IMG/VR virus record: IMGVR_UViG_3300008113_000014
Location: 44,864 to 108,863 of that record
DNA length: 64,000 nt
Source: a virus
Direction: 5' to 3' (one strand)
The notes below the pieces were generated by a model. The model ran no database searches, was not told the origin of the DNA, and saw only the letters and a program-made list of their open reading frames with translations. Within the stretch, counting starts at the first letter, position 1; each line of letters begins with the position of its first letter. This document shows, piece after piece, positions 29,911 through 38,991 of this stretch. The translations under genes were made by a program, and so were the position numbers.

Positions 29911-29940
29911 CAGACCTGAGCAAGTCTGCTAAAACTGCTC
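29911..29940 (+). ncRNA. Mini pseudoknot repeat, copy 2
   Basis: CAGAC-CTGAGCAA-GTCTG-ctaaaac-TGCTC. Confidence 0.6.
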
Positions 29941-30003
29941 ACACAAAATGTCAGACCTAACCCCTATACTATAAATAAACCACCAAAGAAAAGAGAAAAA
30001 CAC

Positions 30004-30426
30004 ATGGCACGACAAAAAGCAATCTCAGTAAAGATAGCAACACCAAAAGTAATCAAGGCACTAGAAACTGCACTAGCAAAGTTAGAAGCAGACTACGCAT
30101 CACAAGAAGCAAACGAGGCTAAGTATGAAAAGACTCGTAAGGCTTGGCTAAAAGAAATGCAAGACTACGCTATTGCTAACATCAAGAAGGCAGAGAACTT
30201 TCGCACCAACTATCGTTCATGGTCAAATAATCTTAACATTGACTTTGACTTAACAGTTAGCGAAAAGGATTTGCCTAAAGAGCCTGAGAAGGACTTTGAG
30301 ACAATTCATGTTCATAGTTATCGTGAGCAGAAAGAGGAAATCTCTAACGCAATTCGTATTCTAAAGATGACAGATGAGGAAACAGTTTCCACATCAACTT
30401 ATCAAGCGGTTGCTCGTTATCTGTAA
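30004..30426 (+). CDS. Hypothetical coiled-coil protein
   Basis: Follows promoter 29949. Confidence 0.75.
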   Translation: MARQKAISVKIATPKVIKALETALAKLEADYASQEANEAKYEKTRKAWLKEMQDYAIANIKKAENFRTNYRSWSNNLNIDFDLTVSEKDLPKEPEKDFETIHVHSYREQKEEISNAIRILKMTDEETVSTSTYQAVARYL

Positions 30427-30462
30427 ATAATTTGGGGGGCAACTTAAAGTCCTAAACCCAAA

Positions 30463-30552
30463 CAACCTAAGCAAGTTGCAAAACTGCTTCACTAAAGTTA
30501 CTGCCAGTGCTATAGCGAGGCAGACGTTCCTGAGCATGAATTGAAAAGGCTC
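30463..30552 (+). ncRNA. Mini pseudoknot repeat, copies 3 and 4
   Basis: CAAC-CTAAGCAA-GTTG-caaaac-TGCTT (30463-30489); GTTC-CTGAGCAT-GAAT-tgaaaag-GCTC (30526-30552). Confidence 0.55.
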
Positions 30553-30696
30553 ACTTTTTGCCCCCGAGCTCATGTGAATTTGATCACACCCTTTACGTAC
30601 CACCATTTAAGATCCCTGGATTTACGATTGGCATTTGTCAGTCCAACCTGCTAGAATTATATTAATATCAGAACAACAGAAAGAAGGAAGCCCCCA

Positions 30697-31194
30697 ATGG
30701 GACTAGACATGTACCTAAGTGCTAGAAAGCATTTTGAAAAAATCAACTGGCAAACACTACAGGCTAATGATGAATTATCTTACAATTCACCTGAAGCCGT
30801 ATATCCTAAGTTCAATGACCTAATGGCATTGACACAACTCACAAATGTTGCAACAGATATTTATGGAGCAGAAGTAACAGTTACTTGTGCCTACTGGCGC
30901 AAGGCTAATCAGATACACGCTTGGTTCGTAAAGAATGTTCAACATGATGTTGATAACTGCGGAGACTACTATGTCTCACAAGATAAACTAATAGAATTGC
31001 TTGCACTATGTAAGCATGCCCTAGCAACAAAAGACCCTAGCCTATTCCCACCACAAGCAGGGTTTTTCTTTGGTGGTACAGATATTGATGAATGGTATTG
31101 GCGTGACCTTACTGATACTATTAGTCAATTAGAGCGTATCTTTGCGCTACCAGAAATTGATAAGTTATCATTTTTTTATTCATCATCTTGGTAA
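30697..31194 (+). CDS. Conserved phage hypothetical protein
   Basis: MGLDMYL...YWRKANQIHAWF...LFPPQAGFFFG...FFYSSSW pattern. Confidence 0.8.
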   Translation: MGLDMYLSARKHFEKINWQTLQANDELSYNSPEAVYPKFNDLMALTQLTNVATDIYGAEVTVTCAYWRKANQIHAWFVKNVQHDVDNCGDYYVSQDKLIELLALCKHALATKDPSLFPPQAGFFFGGTDIDEWYWRDLTDTISQLERIFALPEIDKLSFFYSSSW

Positions 31195-31258
31195 TTGACA
31201 TTTGTCAGTGCCATACCCTATAATTAAACTAACCAACAAACAGAAAGAGGTAGCCCTC

Positions 31259-31696
31259 ATGGACCAGCAACAAATTCCACCAGTAGTAAAAACAGATAAT
31301 CACTACATGACACGAGAGTTTTTAGAAACTACTCTTGTACAAAACAAAACACGGATAGATGAATTAGAAAAGCATATCCAAGTCGTAACACAACGCTCAT
31401 ACGGCGAGGCTGCAGAGCGCAACCGTATGCGTACTGAAATGCAAGAGTGGACTTTTGAAGCAATTGAAGCAGGCACACTCAATGAGTCAGAAGGACAAGA
31501 AATTGCTGACATCTGTGGCTTTGAACTTACAAAAGAATTTGAAGTTGAAGTTACAGTTATGTATTCAGTTACAGTGAATGCACGAAATGAAGAAGAAGCA
31601 CAAAATGCAATTCACGATATTGATTTTGATACTGTAGATTACAATTCAGATTCAATTCAATACCTATCATCTTCAATTGATAGAGTAGATATTTAG
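31259..31696 (+). CDS. Hypothetical acidic protein
   Basis: GAGG RBS before ATG 31259; V.ARNEEEA motif. Confidence 0.7.
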   Translation: MDQQQIPPVVKTDNHYMTREFLETTLVQNKTRIDELEKHIQVVTQRSYGEAAERNRMRTEMQEWTFEAIEAGTLNESEGQEIADICGFELTKEFEVEVTVMYSVTVNARNEEEAQNAIHDIDFDTVDYNSDSIQYLSSSIDRVDI

Positions 31697-31711
31697 TAGG
31701 GGGCTACTAAT

Positions 31712-31738
31712 GGACCTGAGCATGTCCTTAAACTGCTT
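31712..31738 (+). ncRNA. Mini pseudoknot repeat, copy 5
   Basis: GGAC-CTGAGCAT-GTCC-ttaaac-TGCTT. Confidence 0.55.
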
Positions 31739-31917
31739 TATTTTTATTTATGCCGTTGCATAAAAATGCAGCTCGGGGGCGTGACCAAGATCACACTGTG
31801 TTTTACGACACATTAAAAAAATGTCCATTTTTTCCCATTTTCAACTATCCTGATTTGCATTTGTCAGACCCATTGTGTATAATTAAATTAACTACAAAAG
31901 AAAAGGAAAAATAACTC

Positions 31918-32934
31918 ATGGCACATGAACTAGAAACACAAAATGGCGTAGCAAGTTTTGCCTCATTTCGTGAACCTGCTTGGCATGGATTGGGTACTGT
32001 ATTCACAGAGGAAAAAACCACAAAAGAAATGTTAGATTTGGCTAATCTTTCTAATTGGAATGTTCGTCTTGAGGATTTGGAAACCCCTTCACATTTAACA
32101 AGCGACAAAAACTATCAGTATGTTTTGCGTACTAACCCTACAGATACAACACAGACAGACATTTTAGGTGTCGTTGGTGAGCGTTATCATGTTATGCAAA
32201 ACGAGGATTTATTCTCATTTGGCGATAACATTTTAGATGGTGGTGGTCGTTGGGAAACGGCTGGCTCAATCAAGGGTGGTCGTGTCGTATTTGGTGCGTT
32301 AGCACTAGAGCGTGAAACTATTCTTGACCCTAATGGTGTTGCAGATAAGGTAAAGACTTATTTGCTCATCAATACATCACATGACGGCTCAATCGCTATT
32401 CAAGCAAGCATAACACCTGTTCGTGTTGTGTGCGCTAACACTCTTAATCTTGCGCTTAACACTACAAAAAAGAAAAATGGCGTTAAGCAATCTTTCAAGA
32501 TACGCCATACACAAACTGCAAGCGGTAAGGTTGCCGTTGCTCGTGAAACTCTTGGGCTTGCTCATAAGTACATGGACTCTTTTGACCTCATGGCTAAGGC
32601 TATGATTGAAAAAGAAATCAATGCTACACAATTCAATGACATCATTTTGGCTGCCTATCCAAAGCCTGAAAAGGACTCTAAGGGTGCTTTCAAGAAATGG
32701 GAAAACAAGGTAGATGTTATTAACGACATTTACACAGGCGAGTTTAACGGCATGATTGCTGGTAACGCTTGGGGTGCTTTCAATGCACTAACTGAACGCC
32801 TTGATTGGTATCGTTCTGCTCGTGGTGGTTCTAACGAATCTATCCTTGCAAGCGCAAGCGGATTTGACCCTGCTATTAACGCAGAAAAAAATCGTTTGCT
32901 AAAAGTTGTGCAAAATGTTTTGCAAATTGCATAA
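31918..32934 (+). CDS. DUF932 / TIGR03299-family protein
   Basis: MAHELE...REPAWHGLG...LGVVGERY..QN...ETAGS..GG...SHDGS...TPVRVVCANTL...GNAWGAFNALTE. Confidence 0.9.
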   Translation: MAHELETQNGVASFASFREPAWHGLGTVFTEEKTTKEMLDLANLSNWNVRLEDLETPSHLTSDKNYQYVLRTNPTDTTQTDILGVVGERYHVMQNEDLFSFGDNILDGGGRWETAGSIKGGRVVFGALALERETILDPNGVADKVKTYLLINTSHDGSIAIQASITPVRVVCANTLNLALNTTKKKNGVKQSFKIRHTQTASGKVAVARETLGLAHKYMDSFDLMAKAMIEKEINATQFNDIILAAYPKPEKDSKGAFKKWENKVDVINDIYTGEFNGMIAGNAWGAFNALTERLDWYRSARGGSNESILASASGFDPAINAEKNRLLKVVQNVLQIA

Positions 32935-32941
32935 CTAAAAA

Positions 32942-32969
32942 AAATCCTGAGCAAGATTTAAAACTGCTC
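32942..32969 (+). ncRNA. Mini pseudoknot repeat, copy 6
   Basis: AAATC-CTGAGCAA-GATTT-aaaac-TGCTC, 4 nt upstream of tRNA-Asp. Confidence 0.6.
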
Positions 32970-32973
32970 GCAA

Positions 32974-33047
32974 GGTTCCATAGATCAATTGGTTAGATCG
33001 CTACCCTGTCACGGTAGAGGCTACGGGTTCAAGTCCCGTTGGAATCG
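32974..33047 (+). tRNA. tRNA-Asp (GTC)
   Basis: Acceptor GGTTCCA/TGGAATC, anticodon arm CTACC-ctGTCac-GGTAG, T arm GGTTCAAGTCC. Confidence 0.93.
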
Positions 33048-33155
33048 CAAGCTTAAGTGGGCCCCGAGGAAATTAGTACAAAACGGACATTTAAGAAACT
33101 ATATAAATAATCTCAGAAAATTTAATTACGACAGACTTGCTTTTTTCCCAGTTTT

Positions 33156-33407
33156 TTGCTACAATTAATTTATGACTACCACAGGAGAAAAATAATGGAA
33201 CAATTCATAGATACACTAGCAGAGCACATTACAGGTGCTATCCAACAAGAAATAGCAGAAGAACTATTTGACCAATGGTCTTACAATAATTTAGAGGAAG
33301 GTGAGGACTATGCAGAAAACAAATTCATGCAATACGCCTCAGATGAATTAAAGCAACAGTATAACGAATACTATGGGTACATAGAGGGAGATGAATTCCT
33401 ACTATGA
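33156..33407 (+). CDS. Hypothetical acidic protein
   Basis: Probable start MEQF after AGGAG. Confidence 0.6.
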   Translation: MLQLIYDYHRRKIMEQFIDTLAEHITGAIQQEIAEELFDQWSYNNLEEGEDYAENKFMQYASDELKQQYNEYYGYIEGDEFLL

Positions 33408-33793
33408 TTACCTCTCAAGAACTAATTGATTATATGTATGACGATAACCTAATACATTTTGACGACAGAGATACATCAGATGATTGTGATTGCCACATTC
33501 ATATAACACTACAAACTATGATTAAATATATGGAGGCAATTGAATGCTAGGTTATACCATTGATGATTTAGATAAGATGAGCAATGCTGTACACAATGCA
33601 TACAAGCATATCACTGACCCTGATGATAAAGAGGGTATTTTAATGGCACAACAATTTCTCCAGGGCCTATGGGCAGAAGGGTACTTTGACTAATGACACT
33701 AGACGATGTATTAGATAAGATTGAGGCTATCATTGATAGTACTCATTCTGTTGTATCCCCGCTAAAAATGGATCACTGCAAGTACTGTACCAC

Positions 33794-34039
33794 TTGGCTT
33801 ACTCTGACAGAGGAGTTAAACTAATGTGGACTAAATATGATTATCTATGTACTGACTGTGATGCTCTTATTGAGGTCACTACCCTGCAAGATCTGAGACG
33901 AGATGTCTATGGCTCTTGTCCCTGTGGATCTAATAAGACAATTAACATTGGGGTAGGAGATGCCTCTCGCCATGAAGAACCTGTGACGAACATCACACCT
34001 GTCAGACTTGTCAAAATCAACAGCAACCCCTATAATTGA
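33794..34039 (+). CDS. Zinc-ribbon protein
   Basis: YDYLCTDC...CPCGS; probable start MWTKY. Confidence 0.6.
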   Translation: MAYSDRGVKLMWTKYDYLCTDCDALIEVTTLQDLRRDVYGSCPCGSNKTINIGVGDASRHEEPVTNITPVRLVKINSNPYN

Positions 34040-34211
34040 TATATGGACCTAAATACATTAAGAGAGTATATAAAAATTCACCTAATTTCATTGGAGCAAG
34101 ATGTTGAGGACGCTAACAATGATATTCCTATTAGTGATGATGAGCACTATGAAGCAGACCTTTATTACGAGGGAGCAATCGCTACCTGTGAACACCTATT
34201 GGAGTATATAA

Positions 34212-34487
34212 ATGGATAATCTAACATTAGAGCCGCACCTACAACGTATGGTAGACGCAGGGGTATCAGGAACAGACATCCTGCACGGAGAGCTTAAGAA
34301 CCTTATGCTAATGGCAGAGCAAGAACTAGCAGAGGCTAGCGAACGTGAGCAGGAAACAGAAGAGGCTATGGACTCTATGGTACGCACAGAAGCAGAAGGA
34401 AGACTAGACGCCTTAGTAGCAGTATATAATCTAACATATGCCTTGTCCTTTGCTATCTCTGACCGTATGAAGTTGACAAACCAATAG
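34212..34487 (+). CDS. Hypothetical protein
   Basis: GGAG RBS, helical acidic ORF. Confidence 0.65.
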   Translation: MDNLTLEPHLQRMVDAGVSGTDILHGELKNLMLMAEQELAEASEREQETEEAMDSMVRTEAEGRLDALVAVYNLTYALSFAISDRMKLTNQ

Positions 34488-34533
34488 GGTTGCTGTAAAA
34501 TTATATTAAACCACCAAATAGAAAGAGACCGCC

Positions 34534-35229
34534 ATGCCAAACTGGGTATATAACGGATTAACCATTGAGGGTAATCCTGATTCCGTAAAGAAGTTAATGG
34601 AGCAGATGAATACACCATTCGTTCGTGTCCATGATAACTGGAGCACTGAGACACAGCAAATGCAAAAGCAACAGGTGACATATCCAAACCCTGTCTTTGC
34701 TTTCTGGAACATTGTTAAGCCTACTAATCTAGAGGCATATGATGGTCCTCAACCAACCAACACAGACTTAGCACAAGCAATGCGATTTGAGTCAGACCAT
34801 TGGTACGACTGGAATGTTCGTAACTGGGGTACCAAGTGGGATGTAGCCGTCTCATCTGTTGATACTCATCCTGATACATACATGGAAGATACTGTTAATG
34901 GTGAGAACCATGTCGTCTACTATAATTTTAATACCGCTTGGTCTCGCCCAATGCCTGCACTAATTAAACTATCTAATCAGTACCCTGACTTGCTATTTAC
35001 TTTATCATATGAGGAAGAAACTGGCTGGGGTGGAGAGTTAGAACTCTTGCGTGGAGAAATTATCTCAGAATCAGAATATGACAACATGTGCCGTGAATGT
35101 GACGGTACATACGAAAACAGTGAACTTGTTGAATGTAGCGACTGCGGATACCATCTATGCCCACACTGTGGCTGGAGCAATGATATGTGTGAGACCCACC
35201 AAAAGACCTATGAGGAGAAGCATGCCTAA
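34534..35229 (+). CDS. DUF1281/YubB ferredoxin-like domain protein with C-terminal Cys cluster
   Basis: MPNW..N.L...WYDWNVRNWGTKWD...FNTAWSRP; CxxC repeats at C-terminus. Confidence 0.8.
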   Translation: MPNWVYNGLTIEGNPDSVKKLMEQMNTPFVRVHDNWSTETQQMQKQQVTYPNPVFAFWNIVKPTNLEAYDGPQPTNTDLAQAMRFESDHWYDWNVRNWGTKWDVAVSSVDTHPDTYMEDTVNGENHVVYYNFNTAWSRPMPALIKLSNQYPDLLFTLSYEEETGWGGELELLRGEIISESEYDNMCRECDGTYENSELVECSDCGYHLCPHCGWSNDMCETHQKTYEEKHA

Positions 35230-35525
35230 GACTACTTATCTTATTGAACTATGTGTTGATGAAAAATGGTATGAGGCCATTAGCACGCTAACCGCTGATG
35301 TATACGAGGATGAAGTATGCGAATGGGTCAGGGTACAGGCAGAGACTGAGACTGATGATCAAGACTGTGAGAACTGTGAAGAGAACCCTAAAGAGCACCC
35401 TGAAGGCAAGTGGTGTACCTCCTGCAGGGATGACTTTAAAGAGTCAGATGAGGACGACGAATGAACTGGACACAATTGACACTATTTGATATACTGGAAG
35501 AAACTACTACAAAAGGAGAAACACC

Positions 35526-35894
35526 ATGGGAGCAAGAATAAATTTTGTATTTAAAGACGCAGAGGCTGCTGTAGGGGAGCCCACATCATCTGTTGTACTT
35601 TACAGCCACTGGGGCCAGGACGGATGGGAAGTTGACATTGCCAAAGCTTTAGAACATGCCAAGCCCCGCTGGAATGATTCATCATACGGGACCAGAATGA
35701 TTATTAGTTATCTTATTCAAGATAGCATTCTAGACGAAACGGGTTTTGGAATCTATTCAATCCGTGGAACTAACTATGACCTGGGGGAGCAGACAGTGGT
35801 TATTGATTTTGTTAATAAGACTGTTACTGATAACGTTCCCGTCAAATGGGATAAGTTTATCCAAGCATATTTACCTGAGCACGCAGTAGTATAA
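35526..35894 (+). CDS. Conserved phage hypothetical protein
   Basis: MGAR.N...LYSHWG pattern; AAGGAG RBS. Confidence 0.7.
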   Translation: MGARINFVFKDAEAAVGEPTSSVVLYSHWGQDGWEVDIAKALEHAKPRWNDSSYGTRMIISYLIQDSILDETGFGIYSIRGTNYDLGEQTVVIDFVNKTVTDNVPVKWDKFIQAYLPEHAVV

Positions 35895-35974
35895 TCATAC
35901 TGCAACGGGGGAGTGCGATTTGTGGTGGGTTGCGCTCCCCCCTTATTTTTGATACAATTAGGTAAGGGAGAACC

Positions 35975-36184
35975 ATGAGAAAAAAACTAATCACAAAAGA
36001 GGAAAAGGTAGCAATCCAACTATCCAATGTCTTAGCAGACCTACGCCTTGACCTTGACATGGTAGGCAAGTATTTGGTACAATTATCACCTAATGTAATT
36101 TATAATCGTTTAATCGTAATCGCTGACTCAGCCCAAGCAGAAAAGGAACAACAGTATGACCACTACCAATACAGACTATTCTAA
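35975..36184 (+). CDS. Hypothetical protein
   Basis: AAGGGAG RBS. Confidence 0.65.
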   Translation: MRKKLITKEEKVAIQLSNVLADLRLDLDMVGKYLVQLSPNVIYNRLIVIADSAQAEKEQQYDHYQYRLF

Positions 36185-36422
36185 AAAGATAGAAATCTTA
36201 AATGACATTTGGCTTAACCATTCCGATAACGAATTTTTTGAGTATTTTATTGAGACTAATGATTTAGGTTTACCAATGGCTCACTTTATTTTTCAGGGTA
36301 TAGTAGAGTCCACCCCATTAGCAAAAGAACTAATAGATCAATCATTTGCTGACCTATTAGAATTGTTTGAGTATGAGGACGAAGGCTTTGAGGCACTAAC
36401 TGATTTTTGGGGTTTTGCATAA
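36156..36422 (+). CDS. Hypothetical protein, paralog of 49774-50076
   Basis: IL..IW...F..FIE.NDLGLP.A shared. Confidence 0.7.
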   Translation: MTTTNTDYSKKIEILNDIWLNHSDNEFFEYFIETNDLGLPMAHFIFQGIVESTPLAKELIDQSFADLLELFEYEDEGFEALTDFWGFA

Positions 36423-36480
36423 AATCTTTCATAAATAAAAGCTGACTTGACAAAAGCCCCTTCGGGGCCCCGAGAGATTT

Positions 36481-37336
36481 TTATCAAACCATAAAACCTT
36501 ATTACGATCAAACCTTTTCTTTCCCCAAATTTGACATTACGAGCAACCAAAAAATTTTCCAGATTCATGGATATTACGACAGCTGTAGAATTTTCCAGAT
36601 TCTAGCATATCAAACCTTCTTTGTCAAACCATGTTATAATAATCTTATGGGAAGAAACTATTTTTCAAAGCATGGTGGACCTTACTTTAAGAACGATGGG
36701 TTCTCTCAACACTCTCATTCCCATGATGATCCACATGATATCAAACCAGACTATGTATCTATCTTTATAGCTGTAGGGTTTGTTACTATGACAGTTTCTT
36801 TACTTATAGTAACCATACTTCTTTAGATCCCCCGCCATAACGCATCAAATAATCCTGTTAGACATTACGATCAACGCTTTAGCGTCCCCGTTTTTGACGG
36901 GGGATATATATAAACCATACACCAAATACCCCCTATAGAATAACAAACCTTTTCTCCTGGTTTTGGATATGTTATTAAATATTATCAAACCTTTCTATTA
37001 TATTATTGGACATTATGGGCAATTTTGTATATGTTTTTATATAGCTTTTAAACTATAAAGGTTTGACAAATAGAGGTTTGTATGATATGATCCATGCCAG
37101 ATGTGAGGTTTGAAGAAAGGTTTGTAAGGTTTGAAGGTTTGGTATGTGAGGTTTGAAAGCCGTGGACATTACGACGCCATCTATAAAAGTGCTCAATTCT
37201 CCACTATCCTCCACTTCCCTCCACCCAAACCATATATTAAAAATATCAGTAAGATCTAATTGTGGATAACCTGTGGATAACTATGTGTAAAACACTAATT
37301 TACGCTATCCAAATTATCGTTTCTACTGTGGATAAC
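36481..37336. other. Putative replication origin (iterons, AT-rich core, DnaA boxes)
   Basis: CAAACC repeats on the left, AGGTTTG repeats on the right, ATTACGA repeats, CTCCAC x3, TGTGGATAA at 37261, 37272, 37327. Confidence 0.6.
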
Positions 37337-37517
37337 TTCTATATTGGTTTGCATATAGATGTGTATTTCAAAAACGGTACAGCTCTTTGGCTATGGGGCA
37401 TATCCTCAAAGCCAGGTGTTATTACCTGGTGTATTTACTATAGGGGTAATGGGGTCTTTCTTGACATACCGTTCAAAATTTAAACAATGCTATAATTGAT
37501 GAAAAGAAGGAGCAACA

Positions 37518-37868
37518 ATGGCATTTCCAGTAATATATGATTTTGATTGTTATGAGGGCGATACTCATACATTTAATGTTGTTGTAAAAGGTTTAAATGA
37601 CACCAACTTCCTTGCACTTGCCAGAGCTGGAACAACTTATACATTTTCAATTGCTAACGAAAGAAGTGCAAGTGCCTCTTTTAAAACTACTGGATATATC
37701 ATAGCTACTACAGACTTAATTTCATGCACTATAAGTGGATCTCTTACTCCTGGGCAATACGTATATTCTGTTAGACAAAATCAACCAGCCTTTGGTGGCG
37801 GATTAGCCCTAGTCTACACCTTTGTTACAGGAACAATAACTGTTAAGAGTAAGGTTCCATCAATTTGA
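37518..37868 (+). CDS. BppU-like beta protein
   Basis: YDFDCYEGDT...PGQYVY...TFVTGTITV; AAGGAG RBS. Confidence 0.55.
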   Translation: MAFPVIYDFDCYEGDTHTFNVVVKGLNDTNFLALARAGTTYTFSIANERSASASFKTTGYIIATTDLISCTISGSLTPGQYVYSVRQNQPAFGGGLALVYTFVTGTITVKSKVPSI

Positions 37869-38123
37869 AAACAATAGAAGTTAACCAAGCAATACAAACC
37901 ATTACAGTTTATATAATTGCAGATACAGTATCTGCAAAACAAAATGTTCCAGTTATTACTGCTTATCAGTATTAATATATACTTTATTTGACTTCCCCGC
38001 AAAAATAGGGTATGCTTGTTTTATGAAGAAAAACGAATGCCAAAAATGTGAGATGAGTCACAAAGATCCCATCTTCTGGGATACTCATCAAACCATGTCA
38101 GATGGAAGGATCTGGTGTACTAA

Positions 38124-38342
38124 ATGACACATGATGAATTATTAGAGGCTACAAAAAGCTCAACCTATATGAACAGTAGAACCCTAAACCATCCATATAT
38201 AGTTATACGTTCTGTCCTGGAATTACATAGGCCACAAGAAATAACTTTGCCTAACGGTGAATGGGGAACAAATTGTATGGAATGTGATGAATGGTCATAT
38301 CCTTGTCCAACTATTAGGGCTATTCAAAAGGAGTTAACATGA
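38124..38342 (+). CDS. Actinophage-type hypothetical protein
   Basis: VLELHRP...CMEC...YPCPTIRAI. Confidence 0.7.
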   Translation: MTHDELLEATKSSTYMNSRTLNHPYIVIRSVLELHRPQEITLPNGEWGTNCMECDEWSYPCPTIRAIQKELT

Positions 38343-38541
38343 AAGTAGATTACGATAAACCACTCCCAATGTATATTTTTGAGTCATGTATTGATTGTGG
38401 CAGGTTCACTAGAACCAAAAGCAAAACCAAACTAACCCTATTTATGATGGATCATTATGGTATGAATGGCATTAAGCGTTGTTCTCATAAGTGGTATGGT
38501 AAATTTGTATATACCCTGCTAAATTGGAAATATAGAAACTA

Positions 38542-38991
38542 TTGAGACATAAAACAGAACCTAAACATGGTACTCGCTCTGGTTATGATTGGCATAGACG
38601 TGATAGGAAAGAAGATCCCTGCATACCCTGCCAAGAAGCCGAAAGAGGCTATTGGAAGAATCAGAGAGTCATTCGTAAGGATCAAATAAATACATTACGA
38701 AAGGACTGGAGATTTCGCACTCCTAATGCTCGTAGGCATTTTCGTAGAAACAATACAGAGCCAGGCAATTATTCAGATGCAGATGTACTCTCAGCATATG
38801 GTTTAGACTGTCATATCTGTCAAACCCCAATAGATTTAAACGCTCCAAGAAAAGTAGGGCAGGATGGATGGGAGAAAGGTTTGCATATAGATCATGTCTA
38901 TCCTTTATCAAAGGGTGGTTTGGATACCCTTGAAAATGTCAAACCTTCTCATGGAAAATGTAATATTATTAAATGGGCAACGTTGGGATAG
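38542..38991 (+). CDS. HNH endonuclease
   Basis: HGT..GY..H...CIPC N-terminus; CHIC...IDHVYPLSKGG...NV...H..CN..K. Confidence 0.9.
   Translation: MRHKTEPKHGTRSGYDWHRRDRKEDPCIPCQEAERGYWKNQRVIRKDQINTLRKDWRFRTPNARRHFRRNNTEPGNYSDADVLSAYGLDCHICQTPIDLNAPRKVGQDGWEKGLHIDHVYPLSKGGLDTLENVKPSHGKCNIIKWATLG

Larger units (their letters stand above)
24341..31883 (+). promoter_or_regulatory. Ten TGTCAG-N10-TANNNT promoters (PafBC/RecA-NDp-type)
   Basis: TGTCAG at 24341, 25328, 26231, 27271, 28762, 29664, 29949, 30636, 31203, 31862, each followed after exactly 10 nt by TACAAT/TAGAAT/TAGGAT/TAAAAT/TATACT/TATAAT. Confidence 0.85.
23955..33997. promoter_or_regulatory. About 13 CRP/GlxR-type palindromes TGTGA-N6-TCACA
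   Basis: Perfect at 24182, 24291, 25273, 26187, 27153, 28602, 30573, 33982; one mismatch at 23955, 24275, 26057, 29599, 31780. Confidence 0.85.

Noticed and set aside
28761-31258. ORF-track starts at 28761, 29663 and 31202 (MSV...)
   Set aside because: They arise from the (A/T)TGTCAG promoter motif; starts with RBS-like sequences are at 28809, 29720 and 31259
27058-32969. Pseudoknot repeats as a CRISPR array, hammerhead or preQ1 riboswitch
   Set aside because: Dispersed rather than arrayed; no CUGANGA/GAAA core; located 3' of genes and lacking the preQ1 loop consensus as I recall it
34000-34036. Eleventh TGTCAG promoter
   Set aside because: No TANNNT 10 nt downstream; the nearby promoter is TTGTCA-N17-TATAAT
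37262-37483. 73-aa ORF MDNLWITMCK
   Set aside because: Starts within tandem DnaA boxes with no RBS; likely non-coding
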